Assembly (NCBI GenBank): GCA_963845755.1
Contig: CAWJTV010000011.1
Location: forward strand, 640,001 to 704,000
Reading direction: 5' to 3'
From: an uncultured Planctomycetota bacterium
Lineage (GTDB): Bacteria; Planctomycetota; Planctomycetia; Isosphaerales; Isosphaeraceae
Length of the DNA stretch: 64,000 bases
Positions within the stretch are counted from its first letter, which is position 1, and each line of letters starts with the position of its first letter. Made by a program: the position numbers and the translations under genes. The notes under the pieces are model-generated. The model worked only from the letters and a program-made list of their open reading frames with translations, was not told the origin of the DNA and searched no databases. Positions 53,124-63,541 of the stretch are shown here, piece after piece.

Positions 53124-53590
53124 TCCTCCTCGATAGCAACATCTTGGTCCGACGCGCCCGGACCTCGGACCCGCAATTCGCCACGGTGGATACCGCGATC
53201 AACGCGCTGCACGCCGGCGGCGAGGCGCTCTGCGTGGTCCCCCAGAACGTCTACGAGTTCTGGGCCACCGCCACCCGCCCGATTGCTGCCAATGGGCTCG
53301 GCCTATCGATCCCCGAGTGCCAGGTGCACGTAGCTCGCATCAAGGGGCTCTTTCGCTTCTTCCCGGACCAACCGGCGCTTTATGCCGAGTGGGAAGCGCT
53401 GGTCGGAGCCCACGCCTGCCAGGGCCGCGTCTCGTATGATGCCCGGCTGGTCGCCGCCATGCGGACCCACGGCATCACCCGACTACTGACCTTCAACGGC
53501 CCAGACTTCGCTCGGTTCCCCGGCCTGACCCTCCTCGACCCGGCCCTGATCGCCGCCCCGGCCAACCCTCCGCCGAGTACCACCCCGTGA
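53120..53590 (+). CDS. PIN-domain (VapC-like) toxin
   Basis: ILLDSNILVR, PQNVYEFWATATRP...NGLG, YDARLVAAM..HGI..LLTFN..DF. Confidence 0.9.
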   Translation: MILLDSNILVRRARTSDPQFATVDTAINALHAGGEALCVVPQNVYEFWATATRPIAANGLGLSIPECQVHVARIKGLFRFFPDQPALYAEWEALVGAHACQGRVSYDARLVAAMRTHGITRLLTFNGPDFARFPGLTLLDPALIAAPANPPPSTTP

Positions 53591-53660
53591 CCGGTGAACG
53601 CGACCGCCCTCCTTTTGCCCTTTTTCTCCCCTCGGGAGGTTGATTAATTCGTTCCGTCCC

Positions 53661-55159
53661 GAATGCCACGAAGTTAGTGCACAAATCCTGCCTTCTAAAC
53701 AAGTTGTAGCATCTTGAGCAAAGGAGGGGCTCCGGGCAATCTGGTGGTAGGTCCCAGCCACCCTGACCCCGAAGGAGCCCTCCCGTGCCGGTACGAATTG
53801 TCACCATCTTGGGCCGTCTCAAGCAAGACCTCGCCGACGGGCTTTCTCGCGAGGCCATCGAGCAGGCATGCAAGCAGGAGAAATACTCGTGGCGCCAGCG
53901 GATGCTCGATCCGGTCACGACCGTCTATCTGTTTATCCTCCAGATCCTTCACGGCAACACCGCCTGTTCGCACGTGGTCCACTTCGGCCGATGGAACTTC
54001 ACCGATGCCGCCTACTGTGCCGCGCGGAAGCGGCTCCCCCTGGCGGTCCTCCGCCGCCTTGCTGCGCGGATCGCCGCGAGTGTCCGGACGGCGACGACGG
54101 CCCAATCGACCTGGCACGGCCACCGGGTCTGGCTCCTCGACGGGTCGAGCTTCTCGATGCCCGACACCCGCGAGCTGCAGGAGGCATTCGGCCAGCCCAG
54201 CGGCCAGCGGCGGGGATGCGGCTTCCCGGTCGCCAAGTTTCTGGCACTCTTCGACCTGGCCACCGGCATGCTCCTGCGGGTCGAGCCGGCGCCGCTCCGC
54301 TCGCACGAGATCGCGCAATGCGCCGTGGCCACCTCCGCTCTGAACCCCGGCGACATCGCGCTGGGTGACCGCGCCTTTTGCTCATACGCTCACCTGGCCA
54401 TCCTCCTGAACCGCAAGCAGCACGGGGTCTTCCGCGCGCATCAGCGCCAGATCATCGACTTCACTCCGGGTCGGCCGCAGGCGGTGCGGGGCAAGGGGAA
54501 GAAGCCGCACGAGGCAAAGATCCGTCCGCATTCGCGGTGGGTGCTCTCGCAGGGCGAATCCGATCAAGTAGTCATCTGGTCCAAGCCCAAGTCTCATCCG
54601 AGATGGATCACCAAGGATGAGTATGCGTCACTGCAAGAAGAGATCGCGGTGCGTGAGCTGCGATATAAGGTCTCGACGCCGGGATACCGTGTCGGCGAGG
54701 TGACGCTGGTGACGACGCTCCTGGACGCGTCGGTGTACCCGGCGGAGGCGCTGGCGGATCTGTACTTCCGGCGATGGCAGGTGAAAGTTTATCTGAGAGA
54801 CTTGAAGATCACGTTGAAGATGGATGTGCTGAAGTGCAAGACAGTGGATGGCGTGTTGAAGGAGCTGGCGGTCTTCGCCCTGGTGTACAACCTGGTGCGA
54901 TCGGTGGCGTGCCAGGCGGCGCAGGCTCAGGGCGTGGCTGCGGGCCGGGTGAGCGTGACCGACGCAGTGCGATGGCTGGTGGGCGCCGAAGGGGACGAGG
55001 ATCTGTCGGTGATCTTGACCGTCCCCAAGCGGAAGGGTCGATTCGAGCCGCGCGTCAAGAAGCGCCGCCCGAAACAGTACGATCTGATGACCAAACCCCG
55101 CAGAGAACTACGTAAAGAGCTTCTGGACAACAAGGTTGCAGCTTAAATTCGCGGCATTC
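53661..55159 (+). mobile_element. IS4-family insertion sequence
   Basis: IRL GAATGCCACGAAGTTA (53661) and IRR TAAATTCGCGGCATTC (ends at 55159) enclose a transposase; no exact target duplication. Confidence 0.85.
53785..55146 (+). CDS. IS4-family DDE transposase
   Basis: VWLLDGS, LGDRAF, TLVTTLLD, LYFRRWQVKVYLRDLKITL (YREK region, with K where E is expected), EPRVKKRRPK. Confidence 0.92.
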   Translation: MPVRIVTILGRLKQDLADGLSREAIEQACKQEKYSWRQRMLDPVTTVYLFILQILHGNTACSHVVHFGRWNFTDAAYCAARKRLPLAVLRRLAARIAASVRTATTAQSTWHGHRVWLLDGSSFSMPDTRELQEAFGQPSGQRRGCGFPVAKFLALFDLATGMLLRVEPAPLRSHEIAQCAVATSALNPGDIALGDRAFCSYAHLAILLNRKQHGVFRAHQRQIIDFTPGRPQAVRGKGKKPHEAKIRPHSRWVLSQGESDQVVIWSKPKSHPRWITKDEYASLQEEIAVRELRYKVSTPGYRVGEVTLVTTLLDASVYPAEALADLYFRRWQVKVYLRDLKITLKMDVLKCKTVDGVLKELAVFALVYNLVRSVACQAAQAQGVAAGRVSVTDAVRWLVGAEGDEDLSVILTVPKRKGRFEPRVKKRRPKQYDLMTKPRRELRKELLDNKVAA

Positions 55160-55708
55160 CTCCGCGTCCCCTTTTTCTCCGGGCTTGAGTTCGGCTCCTA
55201 TTACATCTTTCGTAATTCGTGGCTCCTGCTCACAGAATCGGACTATCACAACATTCGCGCACGAATTCGCTTCCGCTTTCAAGACCTTTTCCTAGACGGT
55301 CTCAAGGAATCTGACTTCCCGTTTCTCAATATGTCACTTCGGAGCCAGCACGTACTTGCCATTTGGAGGGGCTATATGGTCATGGTCGGGAGCAATGGCC
55401 ACGTGTGGCGCACAGCGCCCAAGGACGAGAATCTTGGGACGTATGACGACGTCACAGTTGGCCATCTGGACGCCTTCGACTGGCGAAGTCCTGAGTTCAT
55501 CGACCTGACGGTGACGATTGATGACAAGCGGCTTGCAATAAAAGTCGGCAAAGTGGCGCATGAGGTCTTGGTTAAGGACATGCCGTACGGGTATGGCGCC
55601 GGTAAGGTCCGTGTGACAACGTCCAGATGCCGTGTGCGGATTCAAGAGGTTGAACTAACGCCACTACCGTCCAACCAGTCCCGCCGTGGCAAGCGGAAGG
55701 ACCCCTGA
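55160..55708 (+). pseudogene. 3' remnant of a lower-GC hypothetical gene lacking its start (abuts the IS4 right end)
   Basis: Open frame of ~180 codons begins at the IS boundary with no native start; sequence is less GC-rich than the flanks. Confidence 0.45.
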
Positions 55709-55799
55709 CCGAGTTGGGTCGCCCGGTAATATGAGACCAGAAAACCTGGCAATGGATCCTCCCAATCGCGGACGCTACATGCCGCTAGTGGGCTCGTTG

Positions 55800-58700
55800 T
55801 CACCCGTTACCTGCCACCGGATCGGCGTGCACCGGCATGGACGCCATCGGCGCCGGGGCGTGGTGCTTCGACCACTCGCCGTCGAACCGGCCCACCATTT
55901 CGTCGCCTTCCTCGTCCTCGGGCCGGCCGCCGCGGGTGCGGCCGAAGGCCAGGTACAAGGCCGGCATCAGGCCCAGGTTCAGGAGCGTCGAAGTGACCAA
56001 CCCGCCCAGGATGACGATCGCCATCGGGTGCTCGATCTCGTGGCCCGGCTTGTTGCCCGCCCAGGCCAGCGGGACCAGCGCCAGGCCCGTCGCCAGGGCG
56101 GTCATCAAGATCGGGGCCAGCCGCTCCTCCGAGCCGCGGATGACCAGGTTCAGGCCGAATGGCTCGCCCTCCTCCAGCTCCAGGTGCCGGTAGTGGCTGA
56201 CCAGCATGATGCCGTTGCGCGCGGCGATCCCCAGCACCGTCACGAAGCCCACCAGCGAGCCGAGCGACAGCACGCCGCCGCCGAGGATGGCGCCCACCAC
56301 CCCGCCGATCAGGGCGAAGGGGAGCGTCAGGGCGACGAGGGCCGTCAGGCGGAGCGAGCGGAAGTCGGCGTGGATGATCAGCAGGATGCCCAGCAGCGAT
56401 AGGGCGCCCAGGGCCAGCAGGCGACGGCTCGACTCCTCCCGCGCGGCGTATTCGCCCAGGAACTCGGGGTGATACTCGCGCGGGAACTCCAGCGCCGAGA
56501 CGCGTTTCTGGACCTCGCGGGCGACGCTCCCCAGGTCGGCCCCTGGCGCGATGTTGCAGGTCACGTCGATCTTCCGCGAGGCCCCTTCGCGCTTGATCTC
56601 GTTCGCCGCCGGCACCAGCGCGATCTCGGCGACGTCGGAGAGCGGCACGTGCGTCCCCAGCGGGGTCTCCACCGGCAACGTACTCAGCTTTGCGACGTCG
56701 TTGCGGACCTCTTCGGTCCCCCAGATGAACACGTCGAAGATCTTCTGCTCGCGGTAGAGCTCGCCGACCTTCAGGCCCTTGACCAGCGTGGTCGCCGCGC
56801 GGCGGACATCCCCGGCGGTCAGCCCCAGCCGGGCCGAGGCCTCCGGCCGCAGCCGCACGTCCAGTTGCGGCACGAGTAACTGCGGCTCGACCGTCAACTT
56901 CGTGATCCCCTCGATCGGCTCCATCACCTTGGCGACCTCCTGCGCCTTGGCGCGGAGCACGTTCTGGTCGGGGCCGAAGAGCCGCACCACCACCGTGGCC
57001 CCGGCGCCCGTCAACACTTCCTTGATCCGCTCTTTCAGGTAAGTCTGCACATCCTTGTAGAGGCCCGGGTAGCCGTCGACGACGTCCTGGACCTTCGCCA
57101 GGGTCGCGGCGTGGTCGCCCTCGGGGTCGACGCTGATCCAGAGCTCGGTGAAGTTCGGGCCGACGACCTCGTCGGCGACCTCGGCCCGGCCGATGTGCGA
57201 GCCGAAGTTGCGCACGCCGGGCACGGCAGCGCAGCTCCTTGCTGACGTTGACCGTGACCCGCCGCATGGCCTCCAGCGAGGTGCCCGGCTTCTCGATCCA
57301 GTGCATCAGGAAGTCGTTCTCCTGGAAGTCGGGGAGGAACGACTGGCCCAGGCCGTAGACGCCCCATCCCGTCGCGACGAAGGCCGCCAGCAGGATGACC
57401 ACCGCCCAGCCGGGCCGACGCGCCAGCGGAGGCAGGACCGCCCGGTACACCGCCTTGAGCACCCGGACCAGCGGCGACTCGCGCCGGCGCTCCGAGGCCC
57501 CGGTCAGGAGCAACAGCGACAGGGCCGGCGTGACCGTCAGCGCCACCAGCAGCGAGGCGAGGATCGCCAGCACGTAGGCCAGGGCCAGCGGCCGGAAGAA
57601 CGAACCCGAGAGCCCGTCGAGGAAGAAGACCGGGACGAACACCAGGATCACGATCAGGCTGGCATAGACCACGGCGCTGCGGACCTCGAGCGAGGCGTCC
57701 AGGACGACCCGGAAGGCCGACCGCGGCCGGGCCGCGGTGCGGTTGAGCCGCAGCCGCCGCACGATGTTCTCCACGTCGATGATCGCGTCGTCCACCACTT
57801 CCCCCATCGCGATCACCAGCCCGGCGATCACCATGGTGTTCAAGGTCGCGCCCATCGCCGTCAGCACCAGGGTCGCGGCGATCAGCGACAGCGGGATCGC
57901 CGTCAGGCTGATCACCGCCGTGCGCCAGTCGAAGAGGAAGGTCACCAGGATCAGGATCACCAGGGCACAGCCGACGAGCATCGCCTCACCGAGGTTCTCC
58001 AGCGACCGCTCGATGAACCCGGCCGGGCGGAAGATCGTCGGGTCGACGTCGACCCCCTTGAGGCCGGGCTTGAGGGCCTCGAGGGCCTTCTCGACTTCCT
58101 TGGTCACTTGCAGGGTATTGCCGGTCGGCTGCTTCTCGACGATCAGCAAGAGGCCCTCGCCGTCGTTGATCACGGCGTCGCCGATCGGCGGCGGGAAGCC
58201 GACCTTGATCTCGGCGACGTCCCCCAGGCGCAGGGGTGCTCCGTTGCGGAACGCGACGGTCATCTTCGCCAGGTCCTCGGGCTCCTCGATCGCCGCGCTA
58301 TGGCGGACCGCGATCCGCTGGTTGGGCATGTCGACGAACCCGCCGCCGGCCACGGTCGCCGCGTCGGTCACCGCCTTGACGATGGTGTCGAGCGTCACGC
58401 CGTTGAGACGGAGCCGACCCGGGTCGACCAGCACCTGGTACTGGCGGTCGCGCTGGCCCCAGATCGCCACGTTCGCCACGCCGGGGATCGCCATCAGCCG
58501 CGGGCGGATCGTCCACTTCGCCAGCAGGGTCAGGTCCATCTGCGAGAGCGTCTTGGACGAGACCCCGATCTTCAGCAGCCGGCTGGTCGAGGACAGTGGC
58601 GAGAGGATCACCGGCACTCGGGCCGCCGCCGGCAGCCGGGACGCCTCCACCGCCAACCGCTCCTGAACCACCTGCCGCGCCGACATCAGGTCGGTCCCCT

Positions 58701-58995
58701 CCTTGAGGATCAGCACCACGCTCGAGAGCCCCAGCACCGACTTCGACCGGATCGTCTTGAGCCCGATCGTACCGTTGAGCGCGTTCTCCAGCGGCACGCT
58801 GATCAGGCTCTCGACCTCCTCGGTCGACAGGCCCGGTGCCTCGGTCTGGATCTCGACCAGGGGCGGCGCGAACTCGGGGAACACGTCCAGCGGAGCCGTG
58901 CGCGCCTTCTGGATGCCCACGATCATGAGCACCACCGCCATGGCCAGCACCATCACCCGCAGGCGTAATGATGTCGAGACGATCCAGTTCATCAT
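55800..58995 (-). CDS. CusA/CzcA-family heavy-metal RND efflux permease (indel near 57230)
   Basis: [73 protein letters not shown]. Confidence 0.92.
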
Positions 58996-59694
58996 TTGTC
59001 TTTTGTCCTTTGTCCTTTGTCCTTGGTCCCTGGTCCCTTGTGGAGGAATGCGGTGTCCTGGCTGATGGCCTGGGGCAGGCTCTCCAGGCGGAATGTATTG
59101 AAATATCTCAGTATGATTGGTGGTAGTGCATTTCGATCGTCGGCGACCCAATAGATCAAACGATACCACGCGCCATCCCTCTGGAATGCGAGCAAATCGA
59201 TGAAACGCGGCGGACGGCGGTCGGGGAAGGCTCCGTTACCCGGATACGTCGAGATCCTCTCATAGGCGGCCTTCCCTTGAAACATGGTCGGCTTGAAGTC
59301 GGCCAGGTCGGGCGGCTGTTCTTCGGGCCGTCTTTCAACGGCGAAAGCGGCGGACCACTTGCTCGGGATGAGCATCCGGGGATTCGCCGAGATCCCCGCG
59401 AACTCCTTCCAATCCTCAACGTCGAATTCCCAGTTTGGCGGAAGGACGATCGAGAAGCCCTTGGGGTGGACGACGCGATTGGCCTCAACGGGTAGCTGGT
59501 CGGGAATCGCGAGACCCGCGCGGCTTGCCGAAGTTCGGAGACGTCAGGATCGGCGAGAGCATGCAACCGACGATCGGGCTGATGATGCCGAGGGTGATCA
59601 GGGTTTTGACAAGGCGCCGGGGTTTCGGCTCGCCTTCCTCGCGGCCCTTGGCGGGCGCGTCGAATTCGGGATCGAAGGCAACGCGGGACTTCAT
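58992..59694 (-). CDS. Hypothetical membrane-anchored protein between the RND adaptor and permease (indel near 59500)
   Basis: [14 protein letters not shown]...[19 protein letters not shown], continuing as ..[22 protein letters not shown]; stop overlaps the permease start. Confidence 0.55.
58996..59040. repeat. Heptamer tandem (TTTGTCC)n/(CTTGGTC)n at a gene junction
   Basis: TTTGTCTTTTGTCCTTTGTCCTTTGTCCTTGGTCCCTGGTCCCTTG immediately 5' of the RND permease start. Confidence 0.8.
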
Positions 59695-59730
59695 GGCGAT
59701 GTCACCCACGGCAAGGATACCACCGAGCCT

Positions 59731-59791
59731 GTAGGGTGGGTGAAACCCACCGGGAAGAGACACGATCATCGGTGGGTTTCACCCACCCTAC
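59731..59791. repeat. GTAG-family REP doublet
   Basis: GTAGGGTGGGTGAAACCCACC...GGTGGGTTTCACCCACCCTAC. Confidence 0.85.
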
Positions 59792-59799
59792 AAGAACGC

Positions 59800-61065
59800 T
59801 CATTTCTGCCCCCCGAACTCGGCGCCGTAGAGCTCGGCCGCGCCCTGGCTGACGACCTTGGCGCCGGGCTTGAGCCCGCCGGAGAGCGCAGCGAGATCGC
59901 CGACGACGCGGTCAACAAAGACGCGGCGGCGGGAATAGGCGTGGGGTGCGATGTTCTCATAAACCCAGGTGCCGCCGAGAGCGTCGCGGATCAAGGCAGA
60001 GCGTGGGACGGCCAGGCTGTGTTCGTCGCCGCTCAAGGGGAGGGTGACGCCGACCCGCTGGCCGGGTCGGAGGGCGTGGCCGTGGTTCTCGACCTCGTAG
60101 TAGAGGAAGACGGTCGCCGCCAGCGGGTCGCCCGAGGGTGGCGCGGTGACCGGCCGGGCCGCCTTGACACCGACCCCGGGCGCCGCGGACAGGCTGCCGA
60201 CGCCCGCCGGCTTGTCGGCCGCCAGCCGCTCCAGGTCGCCGACATATACCGGCACCCGGACCCAGATCGGGTCCAGCTCGGCCACGTCGAACAGGGGCGC
60301 GGCGACCGGGACCGGCTGGCCCTCCTGGGCGTGGACGTTCTGGAGGATGCCCTTGACCGGCGCCCGGAACGTGAGCGTGGTCATACCGCTGCCGGCCTCA
60401 GGGTCCAGCGCGATCTTCCGCAGCTCGTCGCGCCGCTCCTCGGCGGCCTTGACGGCCGTCTGCGCCACGTCGAACTGCGCCTTGGCGTCGATCAGCGCGG
60501 CGGCCGGCAGCAGCTTATCGCGGACCGCATTTTCCGCCCGGTCCAGGGCGATCCTGGCGATCTTGAGCTGCTCCTGCGCCGTCCTGACCTGGCCGTCGGC
60601 CTCCTTCAGCAACGGCGCCATCGTGGCGCGGGCCTCGGGCGAGAGGATCGGCTTGACGACGAAGATCGGCTGTCCCTGGCTGACCAGGCTCCCGGGGAGA
60701 GGGACCTTCGCGCCCGGCGGGGCCTCGACCGTCCCCAGGAACGGCGAGGCGACGATGATCAACCGGCCGGTGGGGATCATCACCTCTCCGCCGTAGCTCA
60801 CCGCGCGCGGGACCGGCTGGCGCTTCGCCTCGACCGCGACGATCCCCAGCCGGTGCTCGGCCTGTTCCGTCAGGTCCAGCTTGGCCAGGTCCGCCTCCTT
60901 GACGGCGCCGGTCACCTTCGACGGACCCGATGCCTTGGTGCCGGCCGGGGGCGACCCGGCCGCAGCCTTGGGTGCCGCCGGCTGGCAGCCCGGCCCGGTC
61001 GCGTACGCCAGCGAGGCCAGGCCGCCCAGCATCAGCAGCCGGCGGCCCGAGTTGCATCTCATCAT
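59800..61065 (-). CDS. RND efflux periplasmic adaptor (membrane fusion protein)
   Basis: VASPFLGTV, RAPVKGIL, LDPIWVRVPV, LRPGQRV, VPRSAL, GLKPGAKVVSQGA. Confidence 0.9.
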   Translation of the reverse strand: MMRCNSGRRLLMLGGLASLAYATGPGCQPAAPKAAAGSPPAGTKASGPSKVTGAVKEADLAKLDLTEQAEHRLGIVAVEAKRQPVPRAVSYGGEVMIPTGRLIIVASPFLGTVEAPPGAKVPLPGSLVSQGQPIFVVKPILSPEARATMAPLLKEADGQVRTAQEQLKIARIALDRAENAVRDKLLPAAALIDAKAQFDVAQTAVKAAEERRDELRKIALDPEAGSGMTTLTFRAPVKGILQNVHAQEGQPVPVAAPLFDVAELDPIWVRVPVYVGDLERLAADKPAGVGSLSAAPGVGVKAARPVTAPPSGDPLAATVFLYYEVENHGHALRPGQRVGVTLPLSGDEHSLAVPRSALIRDALGGTWVYENIAPHAYSRRRVFVDRVVGDLAALSGGLKPGAKVVSQGAAELYGAEFGGQK

Positions 61066-61398
61066 GGCTTCAATCTTCCTCTCGTGCCCGAGTTCGAGTG
61101 GCATGTTGCTGCTCTGAAAACCGGTCGCACATTGTAACCCGGCGGTGGCAGACATCATCTCAGATCCGGCGGTTCACCGTCCGTCCGCGCCCCACCGGCG
61201 GCCAGGTCCAGCGGTTCGAACGAGTTGCGGTCAACTCAAAATCTATGAATTTCAAAACATTTAATCTATATAACAAACTTCGCTGCATTTAGTGTACGAT
61301 TGATCCATCTGTTAATCACCTGTTCTCAGGTGAGCGGGCCTGGAGCGTTTCGCGCCTGGTTCGTGCATGAGCCGCACGAGTGCCGCGGCGTACGCAGC

Positions 61399-62814
61399 TC
61401 ATTCGTGCGGCGATCTAGGATCGCGGGGCACCTCCATCGTGTCGAAGAGCGGGGAGGACGAGCGTGACGCGGGTCCCGCTCCCGGAGCCGCTGTCGATCC
61501 CGAGTCGGCCGCCGTGGGCCTCGGCGATCGAGCGGCAGATGGCCAGGCCCAGTCCGCTCCCCTCGATCTCGGGAGACCGTGCGGGATCGACGCGATAGAA
61601 CCGCTCGAAGACGTGGGGCAGGTGATCGGCCGGAATGCCGATCCCCGAGTCGTCGACCGCGATGCGGATCTGGCCGTGGGACGACTCACCCTGAACGGCC
61701 ACGGTGCCGCCGGGCGGCGTGTACTTGATGGCGTTGTCGAGCAGGTTGAAGAAGAGCTGGCGCAGGCGGTCCGCGTCCCCCTGGACTGGGAACGAGCCGG
61801 GCAGGTCGACCGACAAGCCCACCCCCTTCTCCTGCGCGGCGACGCCCATGTGTTCGCCCACCTCGGAGACCAGGTCCTCCAGCCGGATGGTCTGGTCCTC
61901 CCCGGTGCCGATGCCCGCGTCCTCGCGGCAGAGGAACAGGAGCTGAGAGACCAGTCGCGTGAGCCGCTCCATTTCCTCGAGGAGGTTCTCGAGCATGCGC
62001 TGGTCGCGTTCGGGCGAGCGCGGCGACCGGAGGGCGACCTCGGCTTCGGTGCGCATGGCGGCCAGCGGGGTGCGGAGCTCGTGGGCGGCGTCGGCGGTGA
62101 AGCGCCGGACCTCCTCGAAGGACCGCTGGAGCCGCTCGATCATCGCGTTGAAGGTCCGGGCCAGGCCGTCCAGCTCGTCGTCGGTGCCGGGTGTTTCCAG
62201 GCGGCGGTCCAGCCGGTTGGACGTGATCTCGGCCGCCGTGGCGGCCATCCGATCGATGGGCTCCAGTGCCTTGCGGGCCAGCCAGTAACCGCCGCCGAGA
62301 GTGCAGGCCAGCGCCAGGGGACCGATCGTCAGGAGCACGACCACCAGCTCGCGCAAGGCAGGGCGCTCGGGGCCAGGCTGGCGGCCACCTGGAGCAAGAG
62401 CGGGCCGGACGGCCCGCGAACCACGCCGCCGGCCAGGTGCACCCGACCCAGTCGCTCCAGCGTGACGCTCCGCAACACCGGCCCTAGGTCGCCGACGTCG
62501 GGGCGCGGCAGCCCCGTCGGCTCAACGCCTCCGCTCCGGAATACAAGCTCACCCGCCGGAGTGGTGAGGTCGAATTCGTGGCCCTCTACCGCAGAGAAGC
62601 GCGCGTGCAGGAGATCGGGCAGCGCGGAGAGGCTGCCGGCCCTCCCGACCTCGTCTCCAAACTCGGTGAACTCGCCCCGCAGCGCGGCATCGGTCAGGGC
62701 GAACAAGTGGTGCTGCATCAGCAGGTAGACCGCCACGCTGAAGCCGGCCAGGATCGCAGATAGCACGGCGCCGTACCAGGCCGTCAGTCGCCAGCGGATG
62801 CTCAGATTGGTCAT
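61399..62814 (-). CDS. Heavy-metal-type sensor histidine kinase (CusS-like; indel near 62360, 3' end uncertain)
   Basis: LSIRWRLTAWY transmembrane segment; HAMP; FTADAAHELRTPLA; NLLDNAIKY; DSGIGI; FERFYRVD; GSGLGLAI. Confidence 0.9.
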
Positions 62815-62863
62815 TGGTCATTGGTCAGAAACGAAACGGCCATGAAGACCGGATTCCCACTCC

Positions 62864-63541
62864 TTACTCCCCACTTCTCAAGACATAGCCCACGCCCCGA
62901 ACCGTCTGGATCAGCGCCGCCCGGCCGGTGCGGTCGATCTTCTTTCGGAGGGCGTTGATGTACACGTCGATGATTCGCGTCATGGCTCCGGTCGCCTCCT
63001 TCCAGACGTCCAGGGCGATCATGTGACGCGTGACGACCTCATTCTTGTGGCGGATGAGATACTCCAGCAGTTCGAACTCGCGTCCGGTGAGCTCCAGCTC
63101 GGCCCCGGCCCGAGTCACCCGGCGGTCGACCAGGTCCACGACCAGGTCGCCCGCCCGCATGACCAATTCCCGGCCCGAGGTGTCCCGTCTCAGCAGGGCA
63201 CGGAGCCGGGCGAGGAACTCGGCGAAGGCGAACGGCTTGACTAGGTAGTCGTTGGCCCCTTCGTCCAGGCCCCGGACGCGGTCCTCGACGGCGTCACGCG
63301 CCGAGAGGATGAGGATCGGCTTGGTGAAGCCGGTGGTCCGAAGCTCCCGCAGCAGGCTCATCCCGTCCCGGCCCGGCAGCATCAGGTCGAGCACGATCGC
63401 ATCGATCGCATCGCCGGCCGCCATCGCCAGGCCCTCCTCACCCGTCGAGGCCGTGATCACATCATAGCCTTCGGCCTCCAGGCCGCGCCGCAGGCTGTCC
63501 AGGTGCCGCTTCTGATCTTCCACGACAAGGACGCGCGCCAT
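62864..63541 (-). CDS. OmpR-family response regulator (CusR-like)
   Basis: VLVVED, LDLMLPGRDG, GANDYLVKPFAF, LTGREFELLEYL, IQTVRGVGY. Confidence 0.95.
   Translation of the reverse strand: MARVLVVEDQKRHLDSLRRGLEAEGYDVITASTGEEGLAMAAGDAIDAIVLDLMLPGRDGMSLLRELRTTGFTKPILILSARDAVEDRVRGLDEGANDYLVKPFAFAEFLARLRALLRRDTSGRELVMRAGDLVVDLVDRRVTRAGAELELTGREFELLEYLIRHKNEVVTRHMIALDVWKEATGAMTRIIDVYINALRKKIDRTGRAALIQTVRGVGYVLRSGE

Noticed and set aside
59284..61137. Long plus-strand ORFs such as 617 aa here, 57148..58968, 37061..38509 and 43167..44552
   Set aside because: Antisense shadows of well-supported minus-strand genes in high-GC DNA.
366..62814. More than 25 frameshifts suggesting widespread pseudogenisation or programmed frameshifting
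   Set aside because: They are scattered single indels in otherwise intact genes of every function, with no accompanying nonsense decay or shared slippery motif. Long-read consensus error is the simplest explanation; read polishing would confirm it.
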